Shown here in pieces: positions 9,595-18,814 of a stretch of DNA of 32,000 nucleotides; within the stretch, counting starts at the first letter, position 1, and every line of letters starts with the position of its first letter. Position numbers and translations under genes: made by a program. The notes beneath the pieces are model-generated. The model was given only the letters and a program-made list of their open reading frames with translations. It made no database searches and had not been told where the DNA came from. Source of the DNA: Methylorubrum extorquens (GTDB lineage Bacteria > Pseudomonadota > Alphaproteobacteria > Rhizobiales > Beijerinckiaceae); contig LT962688.1 in the NCBI GenBank assembly GCA_900234795.1, positions 5,640,001 through 5,672,000 of the forward strand. The letters run 5' to 3'.

Positions 9595-9999
9595 TCACGG
9601 CTTGAGCACCGCGAGAACAGCTATCACGATCACGGACGGTATGACGAGGGCTGCGGCCCGCAGGGGCTTTACGTCCGCCGCCGCCGTGAGTCTCCGGATC
9701 TGTCCTGATTGCAGGCCGTGGACTGCGGACAGAAGCACGACGAGCACCAGCTTTGCTTGGAGCCAGCCGTACGTGAACCAGCCGCCCGAAGTCGCCAGGC
9801 TTATGCCGAAGGCCCAGACGCCCAACATCGCCGGCACCGTGATCAGGCGATCCCATCGCCTCTGGACTGGCGCGACCCGGGCTCTCGCCTCACGCCCTGT
9901 GGCGAGGACCAAACTGCTTGCAACGACACCGCCGACGAATAGCAGCGCGCACGCGACATGCAGCGCTTTGAGACATGTGTATGCGTCTATCGGGATCAT
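9595..9999 (-). CDS. CopD/HemJ-like integral membrane protein
   Basis: 134 aa from the internal Met of ORF 9595..10497. LKALHVACALLFVGGV.. and ..GWLQAKLVLVVLLSAVHGLQSG.. resemble the HemJ/CopD-type four-helix pattern. The ATGA overlaps the upstream gene. Confidence 0.6.
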   Translation of the reverse strand: MIPIDAYTCLKALHVACALLFVGGVVASSLVLATGREARARVAPVQRRWDRLITVPAMLGVWAFGISLATSGGWFTYGWLQAKLVLVVLLSAVHGLQSGQIRRLTAAADVKPLRAAALVIPSVIVIAVLAVLKP

Positions 10000-10400
10000 C
10001 TCGCCGAACCCCGATCGGGCCGTCCCGAGACGCGTCGAGTGAGGAAGCGTGCCGTGAGGTAGCCGGCCACGGGAACGAACGCGGAGGCGGCAAGCCGGGC
10101 CGCCTCGCTGCGCGACAGAAGGCCGGCACCGAGCGATCGGAGGAGCAGCCAGAGGTAAGCGACGAAGGTGAAGCCGTGGACCGGACCTAGGACGCGGACT
10201 GCCAAGGGCCAGTCGCCGAGGTGCTTCAAGGGGACTGCCACGCCAACGAGAAGGAGCAGCGTCGTCGCCTCCGCAATAGCGGCGATCCCGAGCCATTGCA
10301 GCGGCTTCAGGTCGGCATGTTCGCTTTCGACGGTCGGGACAACCGATCCGATCGGTTCGGGCCCGTAAAGCCACTCGTTTCGCCAACGATCCGTACTCAA
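9996..10400 (-). CDS. DUF3817-type membrane protein
   Basis: LQWLGIAAIAEATTLLLLVGVAVPLKHLGDWPLAVRVLGPVHGFTFVAYLWLL matches the DUF3817 pattern (E-x-S/T-x-L...P-L-K-x...G-x-x-H-G). Translationally coupled to 9595..9999. Confidence 0.65.
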   Translation of the reverse strand: MSTDRWRNEWLYGPEPIGSVVPTVESEHADLKPLQWLGIAAIAEATTLLLLVGVAVPLKHLGDWPLAVRVLGPVHGFTFVAYLWLLLRSLGAGLLSRSEAARLAASAFVPVAGYLTARFLTRRVSGRPDRGSAR

Positions 10401-10545
10401 GATTTTTGCCCCCGCGCTCGATGCCAGTTCTGGTTACCGGACGCGATAGACGCACCGTGAGTGGCGGAAACGACGTTGACCGATCGCTTTCTGCCAACCA
10501 TGCGATCCACTATGGATGGACGGGTAGCGAAGGGGCATCGGTGGC

Positions 10546-11502
10546 ATGGTTCACGTCGTCGGCGTGTTGGCGATGGATGGGGTCGTCCCTGTCGATCTAT
10601 CGATCCCCTGCGCGGTCTTCGAGCGGGTCGAACGGGCGGATGGCGTGCCCTTCTACGAAATTCGGGTTTGCGGTGAAGCGCCAGAGGTCCGTGCCCGCGC
10701 GTTCGGGTTACGGGTTCCCTTCGGACTGGATGCACTTTCTACGGTCGACACGCTCGTCGTCCCGGGCATCGATGATCCGACTGTGCCGGTGGCGCCGACC
10801 GTGCTTGCTGCCATCCGCCAGGCCTGGGCAGCCGGCGCACGGGTCGCATCGATCTGCTCGGGTGCCTTCGTGCTCGCGGCAACCGGCTTGCTAGATGGAC
10901 GGCGTGCTACGACGCACTGGCTTGCTGCGGGTCGCCTCGCCGAGCGTTACCCCTCCATCGACGTGGACCCGAACAGGCTGTTCATCGACGAGGGGCGCAT
11001 CATTACATCGGCCGGTGCCTCGGCAGGCCTGGACATGTGCCTGCATTTGGTGCGGCGCGACTTGGGACAGTCGGCGGCGGCGCAGGCTGCCCGTCTCGCA
11101 GTTGCTCCGCTCGACCGTGACGGAGGACATGCGCAGTTTATCCGCCACGAGCCGCCACGCACGAGCGCCTGCCTTGCACCCGTGCTCGAATGGATGCTCG
11201 AGAACGTCGACCAGCCCCTGAACATCAGGGCCATGGCCGCCCGTGCAGGCATGAGTGAGCGTACCTTCGCCCGGCGTTTCCAGGAACAGACAGGCACCAC
11301 ACCGATGCAGTGGCTCCTCTCAGTTCGGATCAGGCGTGGCCAAGAATTGCTGGAAAGCGGCAGTGCGTCGATTGATCAAGTGGCGCTGGCCAGCGGCTTC
11401 GCATCACCAGTCACCTTCAGGACGAGTTTCCGCAAGCTGACTGGGGTCAGTCCGGCATCTTATCGAGCACGCTTCAACGCAGAGCGTAGGCTGGAACGGT
11501 GA
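10546..11502 (+). CDS. GlxA-family regulator (DJ-1/PfpI domain plus AraC HTH)
   Basis: Nucleophile-elbow ICSGAFVLAATGLLDGRRATTHW in the N-terminal half. AraC-type double HTH in the C-terminal half (..RAMAARAGMSERTFARRFQEQTGTTPMQWLL..VALASGFASPVTFRTSFRKLTGVSP). Confidence 0.85.
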   Translation: MVHVVGVLAMDGVVPVDLSIPCAVFERVERADGVPFYEIRVCGEAPEVRARAFGLRVPFGLDALSTVDTLVVPGIDDPTVPVAPTVLAAIRQAWAAGARVASICSGAFVLAATGLLDGRRATTHWLAAGRLAERYPSIDVDPNRLFIDEGRIITSAGASAGLDMCLHLVRRDLGQSAAAQAARLAVAPLDRDGGHAQFIRHEPPRTSACLAPVLEWMLENVDQPLNIRAMAARAGMSERTFARRFQEQTGTTPMQWLLSVRIRRGQELLESGSASIDQVALASGFASPVTFRTSFRKLTGVSPASYRARFNAERRLER

Positions 11503-11718
11503 ATGCTGGGGACTGGCAACTTCTAAGAGGCCGCTCGGGACGTCAATGGCCAATGGGTCGCAGGCGATCCATGTGTCTCAAGTGGAAGGTCCGCTTCGAC
11601 GCGAAAGCCGAGGTGCCGCTTTCCACCTCGTCCAGACTTTCGGCCGCGGCGCCTCGAATGTCAGAAACGGGTCGATCACGATCCCTCGCAGCTGGTATCA
11701 AACACCGAATTTTGACGG

Positions 11719-12051
11719 CTAGTCGGCATACTCCGTTCCAATCTCTACGCGCTCCAGCCCCTGGGGAGTCATGCGGAATCGTGCCAAGACCCGGTTCTTG
11801 TCGTTGACGAGGATCGACTGGGTAGGCTTCTCCTTGGGGCCCTTCTTGGACTTGAAGTTGTACGCTAAGCGGCTACCCGTGGCCTCTATCGCTCCGTCCA
11901 GATCCTCCTTGGGATGAGGCACGTCGGGCACGCCCGCATCGCCGATGTTCGTGCAGTAGACCTTGATCGTTAGGAACTGGGTCACGGTGCTCTCATACTC
12001 AGCGGCAATCGCAGGGTGGCCCCACAGACCGCGCGCCGCTACAGGCGTCAA
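11719..12051 (-). CDS. hypothetical protein in a lower-GC patch
   Basis: 110-aa ORF with non-repetitive, Lys/Glu-containing composition, unlike the Arg-rich shadow ORFs. I recognise no domain. Confidence 0.3.
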   Translation of the reverse strand: MTPVAARGLWGHPAIAAEYESTVTQFLTIKVYCTNIGDAGVPDVPHPKEDLDGAIEATGSRLAYNFKSKKGPKEKPTQSILVNDKNRVLARFRMTPQGLERVEIGTEYAD

Positions 12052-12305
12052 CCCGCAGTAGCCGCTTGACCCCGTCTGGCGATCCCCGGCCTTTCGTTAT
12101 GCGTCGTGAGACGTGCGGGCAGGGCTCCGCCTCGCCCCTCCTGAACATCCCGTTTGACGCGTGTCGGTACTCTCGGCCGATTCCGCGCGTCATCGCCGAT
12201 CCCGCAGGCCAGTGCATTCGGCGCAGGCCACGAAGATGTGGTCGGCCATGGCGCAGACGTAGCACTCAAGCCTCGAACGCCCAGATTAGCCCAACGGGCG
12301 AGGAT

Positions 12306-12354
12306 CGCTCAGGGTCAAGAGCTCGCACGCCGCTTGTTCTGCCGTGCGCCACTT
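12306..12354. repeat. 49-nt repeat, copy A (41/49 identical to 30287..30335)
   Basis: cgctcagggtcaagagctcgcacgccgcttgttctgccgtgcgccactt was aligned by eye, without gaps, to copy B. Confidence 0.7.
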
Positions 12355-12585
12355 CCAGGCCTTCAAACATGGCTTCTGGAATGGCCGCTCTTGTCCCGCA
12401 AGCTGCCACTGCACGGAATGTTCAAGCGGGAGACACAAGATCCTGATGTCGTGACCGCCGCACAAAGGTGTGTTTCAGCGTGCAACTTTGACCCCTTGAG
12501 GCGGGGGATCGGCGTCCAATTCTGACCCCCTAACCTCGTTCTCGCAGACTGCCCTCCGGTGCGGCCGGAAGGGTGGTGCAGGGGG

Positions 12586-13542
12586 ATGAAGGGCGTGGAC
12601 ACGATTGCGCGCATCCGGCGCGAGTTCTTCACCCGCGGCCGCGCGATCAAGGACATCGTCCGCGGCCTGCACGTCTCCCGCAACACGGTCCGGAAGGTCA
12701 TCCGGTCGGGGGCCACTGCCTTCACCTACGAGCGCGACGTGCAGCCTCTGCCCAAGCTCGGGCCGTGGCGCGACGATCTCGATCGGATGCTGACCACCAA
12801 CGCCGGCAGGTCCGCCCGCGAGCGACTGACGCTGATCCGGATCTATGAGGCGCTGCGCGGGCTCGGCTACGAGGGCGGCTACGATGCCGTTCGGCGCTAT
12901 GCCAAAACCTGGAAGCGCGAGCGCGCCTCGGTCACGGCGCAGGCCTTCGTGCCACTCATCTTCGCCCCAGGCGAGGCCTACCAGTTCGACTGGAGCCACG
13001 AGATCGTGCTGATCGGCGGCACGACCGTCACGGTCAAGGTCGTTCACGTCCGGCTCTGCCACTCGCGCATGCTGTTCGTGCGGGCCTACGCCGAGCGCAT
13101 CGAGATCCAGCAGGGCGGGCGCGTCGTCGCCGAGCACGCGCGTGCCTTCGGCCGGGATCAGACCGTGTTCGATCCCTGGCACTACGTGCCCGTGCTCGCC
13201 CGCAAACCCGGCGCACTCCGGAACGGCGCACCGTTCAAGGACTGGATGCTGCCCGCCACCCTCGACCGGGTTCGACGCAAGCTCGCCGGCAGTACCGGGG
13301 GTGACCGGCAGATGGTCGAGATCCTCACCGCCGTGCTCGGCGCTGGGTTGCTGGCGGTCGAGGCGGCCTGTGCCGAAGCCCTGCGCGAGGGCGTCCACTC
13401 GGCCGATGTCGTCCTCAACATCCTCGCCCGGCAGCGCGAGCCGACCACGCCCGTCACCATCCTGACGCCTGAGAGCCTGCGGCTGCGCCACGAGCCGGTC
13501 GCCGACTGCGCCCGCTACGACAGCCTGAGGAGAGCACCATGA
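12586..13542 (+). CDS. istA: IS21-family IstA transposase, in-frame deletion of most of the DDE core
   Basis: The N-terminal HTH ([38 protein letters not shown]), the first catalytic-Asp block ([27 protein letters not shown]) and the C-terminal region ([47 protein letters not shown]) are present. The YDN and K-G-x-V-E blocks are absent. The protein is 318 aa, versus roughly 400-520 aa for the family. Confidence 0.85.
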   Translation: MKGVDTIARIRREFFTRGRAIKDIVRGLHVSRNTVRKVIRSGATAFTYERDVQPLPKLGPWRDDLDRMLTTNAGRSARERLTLIRIYEALRGLGYEGGYDAVRRYAKTWKRERASVTAQAFVPLIFAPGEAYQFDWSHEIVLIGGTTVTVKVVHVRLCHSRMLFVRAYAERIEIQQGGRVVAEHARAFGRDQTVFDPWHYVPVLARKPGALRNGAPFKDWMLPATLDRVRRKLAGSTGGDRQMVEILTAVLGAGLLAVEAACAEALREGVHSADVVLNILARQREPTTPVTILTPESLRLRHEPVADCARYDSLRRAP

Positions 13543-14273
13543 TGGAACGCCAGCAGATCCTCGCCACCATGGGCGATCTGAAGCTCTTCGGCATGAAGGC
13601 CGCCTACGACGAGATCATCAAGGCTGCCGTGAAGCGCACCCACGAGCCGCAGCAGATCGTCGGCGACCTGCTCCAGGCCGAGATCTCCGAGAAGCAGGCA
13701 CGCTCGATCCGCTACCAGATGACCATCGCCAAACTGCCCCTGGCCAAGGACATCGCCGAGTTCGCCTTCGACGGGACGCCGATCAACGAGGTGCTGGTGC
13801 GTGATCTCGCCAGCGGCGAGTTCCGGGCGCATCAGCGCAACGTCGTGCTGGTCGGCGGCACCGGGACCGGCAAGACCCACCTTGCCATCGCCCTTGCACG
13901 AGCCTGCATCCGGGATGGCATGCGGGGCCGGTTCTACAACGTCGTCGACCTCGTCAACCGGCTCGAAGCCGAGGCACGCGCCGGCCGGCACGGCCGCATC
14001 GCCGACCATCTGGAGCGGCTCGACTTCGTAGTGCTCGACGAACTCGGCTACCTGCCGTTCGCGCAGTCGGGCGGCCAGCTCCTGTTCTACCTCATCAGCA
14101 AGCTCTACGAGACAACCTCCATCGTGGTCACCACCAACCTCGCCTTAGGGGAATGGCCGAGCGTGTTCGCCGGCGATGCGAAGATGACCACGGCGCTCCT
14201 CGACCGGCTTACACACCATTGCGAGATCGTCGAGACCGGCAACGAGAGCTGGCGCTTCAAGAACCGCGCCTGA
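13539..14273 (+). CDS. istB: IS21-family IstB ATP-binding helper protein
   Basis: Walker A is [11 protein letters not shown] and Walker B is FVVLDELGY. The C-terminus ..[24 protein letters not shown] is typical of IstB. ATGA overlap with istA. Confidence 0.9.
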   Translation: MMERQQILATMGDLKLFGMKAAYDEIIKAAVKRTHEPQQIVGDLLQAEISEKQARSIRYQMTIAKLPLAKDIAEFAFDGTPINEVLVRDLASGEFRAHQRNVVLVGGTGTGKTHLAIALARACIRDGMRGRFYNVVDLVNRLEAEARAGRHGRIADHLERLDFVVLDELGYLPFAQSGGQLLFYLISKLYETTSIVVTTNLALGEWPSVFAGDAKMTTALLDRLTHHCEIVETGNESWRFKNRA

Positions 14274-14543
14274 CGCCGATGCACACGTCGCGCCTGCTGG
14301 CCCCCTGATCAACCCAACTGCGCCGCCCCGACCCGCTTCGCCGGGTTGATCAGGGGCGTCCCGCAATACCCATCCAAGGGGTCAAAGTTCGACGCCGTTC
14401 CAGGGTCAATGTTCAACGCTGTTTGACAAATAAACTCCGCGGAGCCCAAGTGACAGAGCTAGCCCCGGCCAAAGCACGGTCCGCTTCGTCTCCCGACATG
14501 CCTGGACGCACATCCCGACACCGGGGGTGTCGGAGGGAGATGA

Positions 14544-15050
14544 TCAAGGCCGCGACGGGAGCGCCTCAGCGCCTTCGACCTCAACCGACTGCGCTTGCAG
14601 GTATGCGACGATGTCCGCCCGGTCGAGCGGGTCGGGAACTCCGCGAAAACCCATGCTCGTGCCCGGCGCAAACTTCGCGGGGGCGGCAAGCCGAGCGCCC
14701 AACCTCTCCGGCGTCCAGACGCCGCCCGCCGACCGGAGAGCCCCCGTGTAGCCGAAGCGTCGGCTGTTACTCGCGACTGGCTTGCCAACCACGTCGTAGA
14801 GACCGGGACCGTTTCGGTCGCCGGCTCCCATCCTGACCGTGTGACAGGCGGCGCACTGGCCAAACAAGCGGGCGCCCCGACCCGCGTCGGCCACCCGCAT
14901 GAAGTCGCCGAAGCTCGGGGCGTCGCCCAAGGAACGGCGACGCTCCTGGCTATCATCTGAGCAGGCTGTGACGAGGAAGGCCAGCGCCAGCAGCATGACG
15001 GGCTGGCTGAGTGGGGGAAGACGGAAGGGGCGCGTCACCCGTTCGATCAT
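14544..15050 (-). CDS. class I c-type cytochrome (c2-like), probable lipoprotein
   Basis: Heme motif CAACH and distal Met in PGTSMGF. NGPGLYDVVGKPVAS and ADIVAYL are classic mitochondrial-type cytochrome c blocks. Lipobox-like LVTAC follows a hydrophobic leader. First ATG at 15050; the ORF track's TTG is at 15065. Confidence 0.8.
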   Translation of the reverse strand: MIERVTRPFRLPPLSQPVMLLALAFLVTACSDDSQERRRSLGDAPSFGDFMRVADAGRGARLFGQCAACHTVRMGAGDRNGPGLYDVVGKPVASNSRRFGYTGALRSAGGVWTPERLGARLAAPAKFAPGTSMGFRGVPDPLDRADIVAYLQAQSVEVEGAEALPSRP

Positions 15051-15085
15051 GTGAACCAACGTCAATCGTAGTTATCCGTCCGCCT

Positions 15086-16105
15086 TCACAGAGGTCGGAC
15101 AGGCAAGAGCTTGCCGCGCAGCAGCAGGCCCAAAGTCCTCAGAGCGATCCAGCCGATGATCAGGTTGGCCGTGACGAATAGCGGAACTGCGAGGGACGCG
15201 CTCGGCCCTTCCAAGCCGCGTTCCGTCAATTGCAACGCGGCGAGCGGAAGGGCCGAGACGCCGAACGTGTAGGCCCAGGCCGCTGGTGAGAACGGCTGCT
15301 GGCGCAACCATGGCACCAGCCGAACCATGACCAAAGCATGCAGCAGGGCGTAGCCGAAGAGGATCTGCGCAAGCCGGTCGGGCGGCCCGTCCGTGACCGC
15401 CAGGTAGGCGACGCAGGCCACCGCGGGCGGAGCCAAGTGAAGCCCGAGCGAGGCGCGAAGCGGCACGGGCAGGGTCTGGAGGATCAGCCTGTGAATGACG
15501 ACCGACTCCAACGTGAGCCATGAGAGGAGGCCGGCGCCGAAGAAGAGCAGACCGACCTCCTTCATGCCGAAGGCGGCGCAGGTGATGGCCGCCACGAATC
15601 CCCCGCCGACAGTGGGCATGTAGAGGATCGGCGTCGTCGCCTCGAAGGCGCGGTCGCCCATCCAAAGGCCGCCCACGCCCCAGACGGCGAAGAGGGTCGC
15701 CCCAGCAAGCCCTGCCAAAGCCATCACCCAGGCGACGTCCGGCCAGTGCGGCGCAAGGCCAACGCTGGCGATCATCGTGGCGACGGGCGCCAAAGAGGCG
15801 AAGAACGAGGACGTCGGGTCACGCGCCTCGAAGAGTACCGTCTCCCGGTCGTTCAGCCACCGAGAGGCATAGAGGGCCAGCCATGCCGCCCAGACTGCCA
15901 CGCCGAGGATGGAGAGCGCCTCGCCTATCCAGGCGGGCGCAAGCCCTAGGCGCGCGGCCGCGCGCCAGCCGTTTCCTAAGCCGCACAACCCCAGGACCAT
16001 CCCGAAGAAGGTGGCCGGGACCCTGGTCCGTCGAAGCCAAGTGAATTCACGCCAAGGTTTGACGGAGTCTTCTCGCTCCCCGGCCGGGCTCGCAACGTCA
16101 GGCAC
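15086..16105 (-). CDS. TehA/SLAC1-family (tellurite-resistance / dicarboxylate transporter family) membrane protein
   Basis: About 10 TM helices. The N-terminal FFGMVLGLCGLGNGWR block is typical of the TDT family. The GTG start at 16105 lies one nt after the mocR stop. Confidence 0.75.
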   Translation of the reverse strand: MPDVASPAGEREDSVKPWREFTWLRRTRVPATFFGMVLGLCGLGNGWRAAARLGLAPAWIGEALSILGVAVWAAWLALYASRWLNDRETVLFEARDPTSSFFASLAPVATMIASVGLAPHWPDVAWVMALAGLAGATLFAVWGVGGLWMGDRAFEATTPILYMPTVGGGFVAAITCAAFGMKEVGLLFFGAGLLSWLTLESVVIHRLILQTLPVPLRASLGLHLAPPAVACVAYLAVTDGPPDRLAQILFGYALLHALVMVRLVPWLRQQPFSPAAWAYTFGVSALPLAALQLTERGLEGPSASLAVPLFVTANLIIGWIALRTLGLLLRGKLLPVRPL

Positions 16106-16106
16106 G

Positions 16107-17498
16107 TCAGACGACCGTGGAGATCGCGCCAGGCGGATGCGCCAGGAGCGTCGCGAGCAGGCTCAAGCCATACCGCAAGGTCTCGGCATCCGGCGCCGCG
16201 CCCAAGGAAACGCGAATGGCCTCGGGTGCCGGTCCCAACGCGAAGGCGTCGCTCAGGATGACCGACAGCCCGAGCTGACGCGCGTGCGCCCCGAACTCGC
16301 CGCGACGCCACGGTTCGGGAAGCCGGAGCCAGAGGTGGTGCCCGCAGGAATGGGCCTGCACGTCGAGACCCTGCAAGGTCTCGCGCGCGACGGCCTGCCG
16401 GCGGCCGTTCTCCTGGCGGATGGCCGCGACGACCACGTCGAGCTCGCCCTCGCCGATCCATTGCGAGGCGAGCGCGGCTGCGAGCGGCGAGGCCATCATG
16501 TTGATGGCCCGCAGCTCGGCCGCGAGCCGCACCGCCTCGTTCGTCCCCGGCACGGCGACGTAGGCGATGCGCAGACCTGGGCTGACGCACTTAGACAGCG
16601 TCGCGATGTGCCACGTGATGTCCCCGGCCATGGCGGCGATGGGAGCCGGAGCGTCGGGCGGCAGCGCGCCGTAGGCGTCGTCCTCGATGATCGCGACGCC
16701 GTGCGAGCGTGCGACTTCGGCGATCCGCTCGCGGCGCGCCGTCGGCAGCGTCGCGGTCGTCGGGTTGTCCAGCGTCGGCACCAGGTACAAGGCTCGCGGC
16801 CGCTCGGCCTTGCAGCACTCTAGGAGCGCGTCCGGATCAAGCCCGTCCGCGTCGCAGGCGACCGGAACGAGGCGAACGCCGCGGCGCTCGGCGGCCATAC
16901 GCAGGCCGGGATAGGTCAAAGCCGGGACGCAGAGCGCATCCCCCGGCTTGAGGATGGCGGCGAGCACGGCTGCGAGCACGACCTGGGCGCCGCCTCCCAC
17001 AAGGGCGCGGTGCACCGGAAGAGGCCCGAGCCGCTGGCCGAGCCACTGCGCCGCCGCAGCGCGGTCGGCCTTGTTCCCGGCGCTGTCCTGGTACTGCATG
17101 CGATCGAGGAAGCCCGGCGAACCGGCAAGCCGCGATAAGCCTGTTTGCATACGCTCGGCCAGACGCGCCGCGACCGGCTGTGGGGGCATGTTCATGCTGA
17201 AGTCGACGCTTCCGGACGGGTCTGGCCTACGCATCTCAGCAGGCGAAGGCGTGGGTCCGCGAACGAAGCTGCCCCTACCGGCGGTGGCATTGATCAAGCC
17301 CGTCCGTCGCGCCTCGTTGAAGGCGCGCGTGACCGTGGTGAGGTCGACGTTGAGGTGCTTGGCCAGGGTGCGCTGCGGCGGCAGGCGCATGCCCGGCGGC
17401 AGCCGACCGGCACGAATGTCCTCGGCCAGCGCCTTGACGATGGCCAGGTACTTCGGGCCTGCGTCGCCGGTGATTGTAGGGCTCCAAGATTCCATCAT
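16107..17498 (-). CDS. MocR-type regulator (GntR wHTH fused to class-I aminotransferase fold), paralog 1
   Basis: The wHTH is YLAIVKALAEDIRAGRLPPGMRLPPQRTLAKHLNVDLTTVTRAFNEARRTGLINATAGRGSFV. The aminotransferase-like domain carries the PLP-lysine block ATLSKCVSPGLRIAY. The start is set at the MMESW doublet, by alignment with paralog 2. Confidence 0.85.
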   Translation of the reverse strand: MMESWSPTITGDAGPKYLAIVKALAEDIRAGRLPPGMRLPPQRTLAKHLNVDLTTVTRAFNEARRTGLINATAGRGSFVRGPTPSPAEMRRPDPSGSVDFSMNMPPQPVAARLAERMQTGLSRLAGSPGFLDRMQYQDSAGNKADRAAAAQWLGQRLGPLPVHRALVGGGAQVVLAAVLAAILKPGDALCVPALTYPGLRMAAERRGVRLVPVACDADGLDPDALLECCKAERPRALYLVPTLDNPTTATLPTARRERIAEVARSHGVAIIEDDAYGALPPDAPAPIAAMAGDITWHIATLSKCVSPGLRIAYVAVPGTNEAVRLAAELRAINMMASPLAAALASQWIGEGELDVVVAAIRQENGRRQAVARETLQGLDVQAHSCGHHLWLRLPEPWRRGEFGAHARQLGLSVILSDAFALGPAPEAIRVSLGAAPDAETLRYGLSLLATLLAHPPGAISTVV

Positions 17499-17519
17499 TG
17501 ACCCCCGCGCCAGTTTTAA

Positions 17520-17531
17520 TGTATGCATACA
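17520..17531. promoter_or_regulatory. perfect 12-bp palindrome TGTATGCATACA upstream of mocR paralog 1
   Basis: Read directly from the sequence. It lies 22 nt upstream of the 17498 start codon. The same core recurs at 20687-20696. Confidence 0.55.
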
Positions 17532-17603
17532 CATATCGTACAGGCAAGGCGCGACGTAGCTTCGGCCGGGAAGACGACGCTGAAGCAGTCGGTTTTGGCC
17601 AGG

Positions 17604-17630
17604 AATGTATGGATATTTAGGCCATACATT
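17604..17630. promoter_or_regulatory. inverted repeat AATGTATGG-N9-CCATACATT
   Basis: 9-bp perfect arms in the mocR1/DUF983 divergent intergenic region. Same half-site as the other TGTATG elements. Confidence 0.55.
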
Positions 17631-17688
17631 CGGGGCGCGCAAGGCGGCCTCCATGCCGCGGGTGGCGAGCAATTCAGGAATGGGAACG

Positions 17689-18093
17689 ATGCAAAGGACA
17701 ACCGATCAATCGATGCTTTGCGTTGGGCTGCGCTGCCGCTGCCCTCGCTGCGGCGAGGGGGACTTGTTTGACGGCTTCATCACTCTGAAGCCACGCTGCG
17801 AGGCGTGCGGACTCGACTATAGCTTCGCCGACCCAGCCGATGGGCCCGCCTTCTTCATCATGATGACGATGGCCTTCCCGGTGACAGCCTTCGGCATTTG
17901 GCTGGAGCTCGCCTACGAACCGCCGGTCTGGGTTCATGCGGTCGTGACGCTCCCGCTTCTCTTGCTCGCTTGCGTGCCGGTCATCCGGCCGCTGAAGGGG
18001 CTCTTCATCGCCAGCCAGTACATCAACAAAGCGGGAGAAGGTCGCCTCGCGACTTCGCCGGCCCCCAACGCGGGTCCTACGACCGGCGGCTGA
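17689..18093 (+). CDS. DUF983 family protein (zinc-ribbon plus 2 TM)
   Basis: CPRCGEGDLFDGFITLKPRCEACGLDY, followed by the DGPAFFIMM.. TM segments. ATG 17689 has AGGA about 10 nt upstream; ATG 17653 and 17680 are alternatives. Confidence 0.7.
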   Translation: MQRTTDQSMLCVGLRCRCPRCGEGDLFDGFITLKPRCEACGLDYSFADPADGPAFFIMMTMAFPVTAFGIWLELAYEPPVWVHAVVTLPLLLLACVPVIRPLKGLFIASQYINKAGEGRLATSPAPNAGPTTGG

Positions 18094-18197
18094 CCCGCCG
18101 CTCCGCCGCGCGGTCCCGACGGATGCGCTTTGGTGGCATGACCTGTCCTGCTTGGGCACCATGGCCGACTTGATCAGACCTCACGAGGACAGGGACA

Positions 18198-18814
18198 ATG
18201 CTCCCCCATTCTGACGTGCTCGAGGCCTCTCTCCAGAAGTTGCGTGAGGACGGCCGCTACCGAGTGTTCATAGCGCTTGAGCGGAATGTCGGCACGTTTC
18301 CGATAGCTGTCTGGAGGCATCGGACCGCAGCCGCCGGCCGGTCACTGTCTGGTGCAGCAACGATGACCTTGGGATGGGACACAGCCCCGAGGTCCTAGGC
18401 GCCATGCACGAGGCCTTCGACCGCTACGGCGCCGGTGCGGGTGGCACCCGCAACATCTCCTGCACGGCCTACGAGCACGTGCTGCTGGAGCGCGACCTGG
18501 CCGACTTGCACGGGAAGGAGGCCGCCCTCCTGTTCACCTCGGGCTACATCTCGAACCTCGCAGCGCTGAGCGTGTTCGGCCAAGTGCTGCCGGACAGCAT
18601 GATCCTGTCGGACGCCGGCAACCACAACTCGATGATCGAGGGCATCCGCCGCGCGGGAACCGAGAAGGCGATCTTCCCGCACAACGACGCCGCCGCGCTC
18701 GATCGGCTGCTGTCCCGGTACGAGCCCGATCGGCCGAAGATCGTGGCTTTCGAGAGCGTCTACAGCATGGACGGAGGCCTGGCGCCTATCGCCGAGATGT
18801 CCATCGCGCGCTGA
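18198..18814 (+). pseudogene. hemA: 5-aminolevulinate synthase-like (alpha-oxoamine synthase) remnant, frameshifted and C-terminally truncated
   Basis: Frame 0 reads ..LREDGRYRVFIALERNVGTFPIAVWRH. It continues in another frame as VTVWCSNDDLGMGHSPEVLGAMHEAFDRYGAGAGGTRNIS..LHGKEAALLFTSGYISN..NHNSMIEGIRR..FESVYSMDGGLAPIAE. It then stops before the DEVHAVG / PLP-lysine half of the family. Confidence 0.75.

Larger units (their letters stand above)
12469..14428 (+). mobile_element. IS21-family insertion sequence with an internally deleted istA
   Basis: The termini TGTGTTTCAGCGTGCAACTTTGACCCC (12469-12495) and TGTCAAACAGCGTTGAACATTGACCC (reverse complement of 14403-14428) match at 19/26 positions and carry TG..CA tips. 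A second internal repeat is present at each end (GGCGTCCAATTCTGACCCC at 12511-, GGCGTCGAACTTTGACCCC as reverse complement of 14377-14395), which is typical of IS21. It encloses overlapping istA and istB. Confidence 0.85.

Noticed and set aside
9595-10497. 300-aa ORF taken at full length
   Set aside because: Only the last 134 codons look like a membrane protein. The upstream part overlaps the DUF3817 gene in another frame and is Arg/Pro-rich.
12475-13491. 338-aa ORF antisense to istA
   Set aside because: Shadow of the transposase gene with no independent signals.
15909-16823. 304-aa plus-strand ORF spanning the tehA/mocR junction (also 19756..20577 opposite mocR paralog 2, and 1532..2353 and 2435..3130 around the transpeptidase)
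   Set aside because: All are antisense or off-frame, Arg-rich translations with no recognisable domains.
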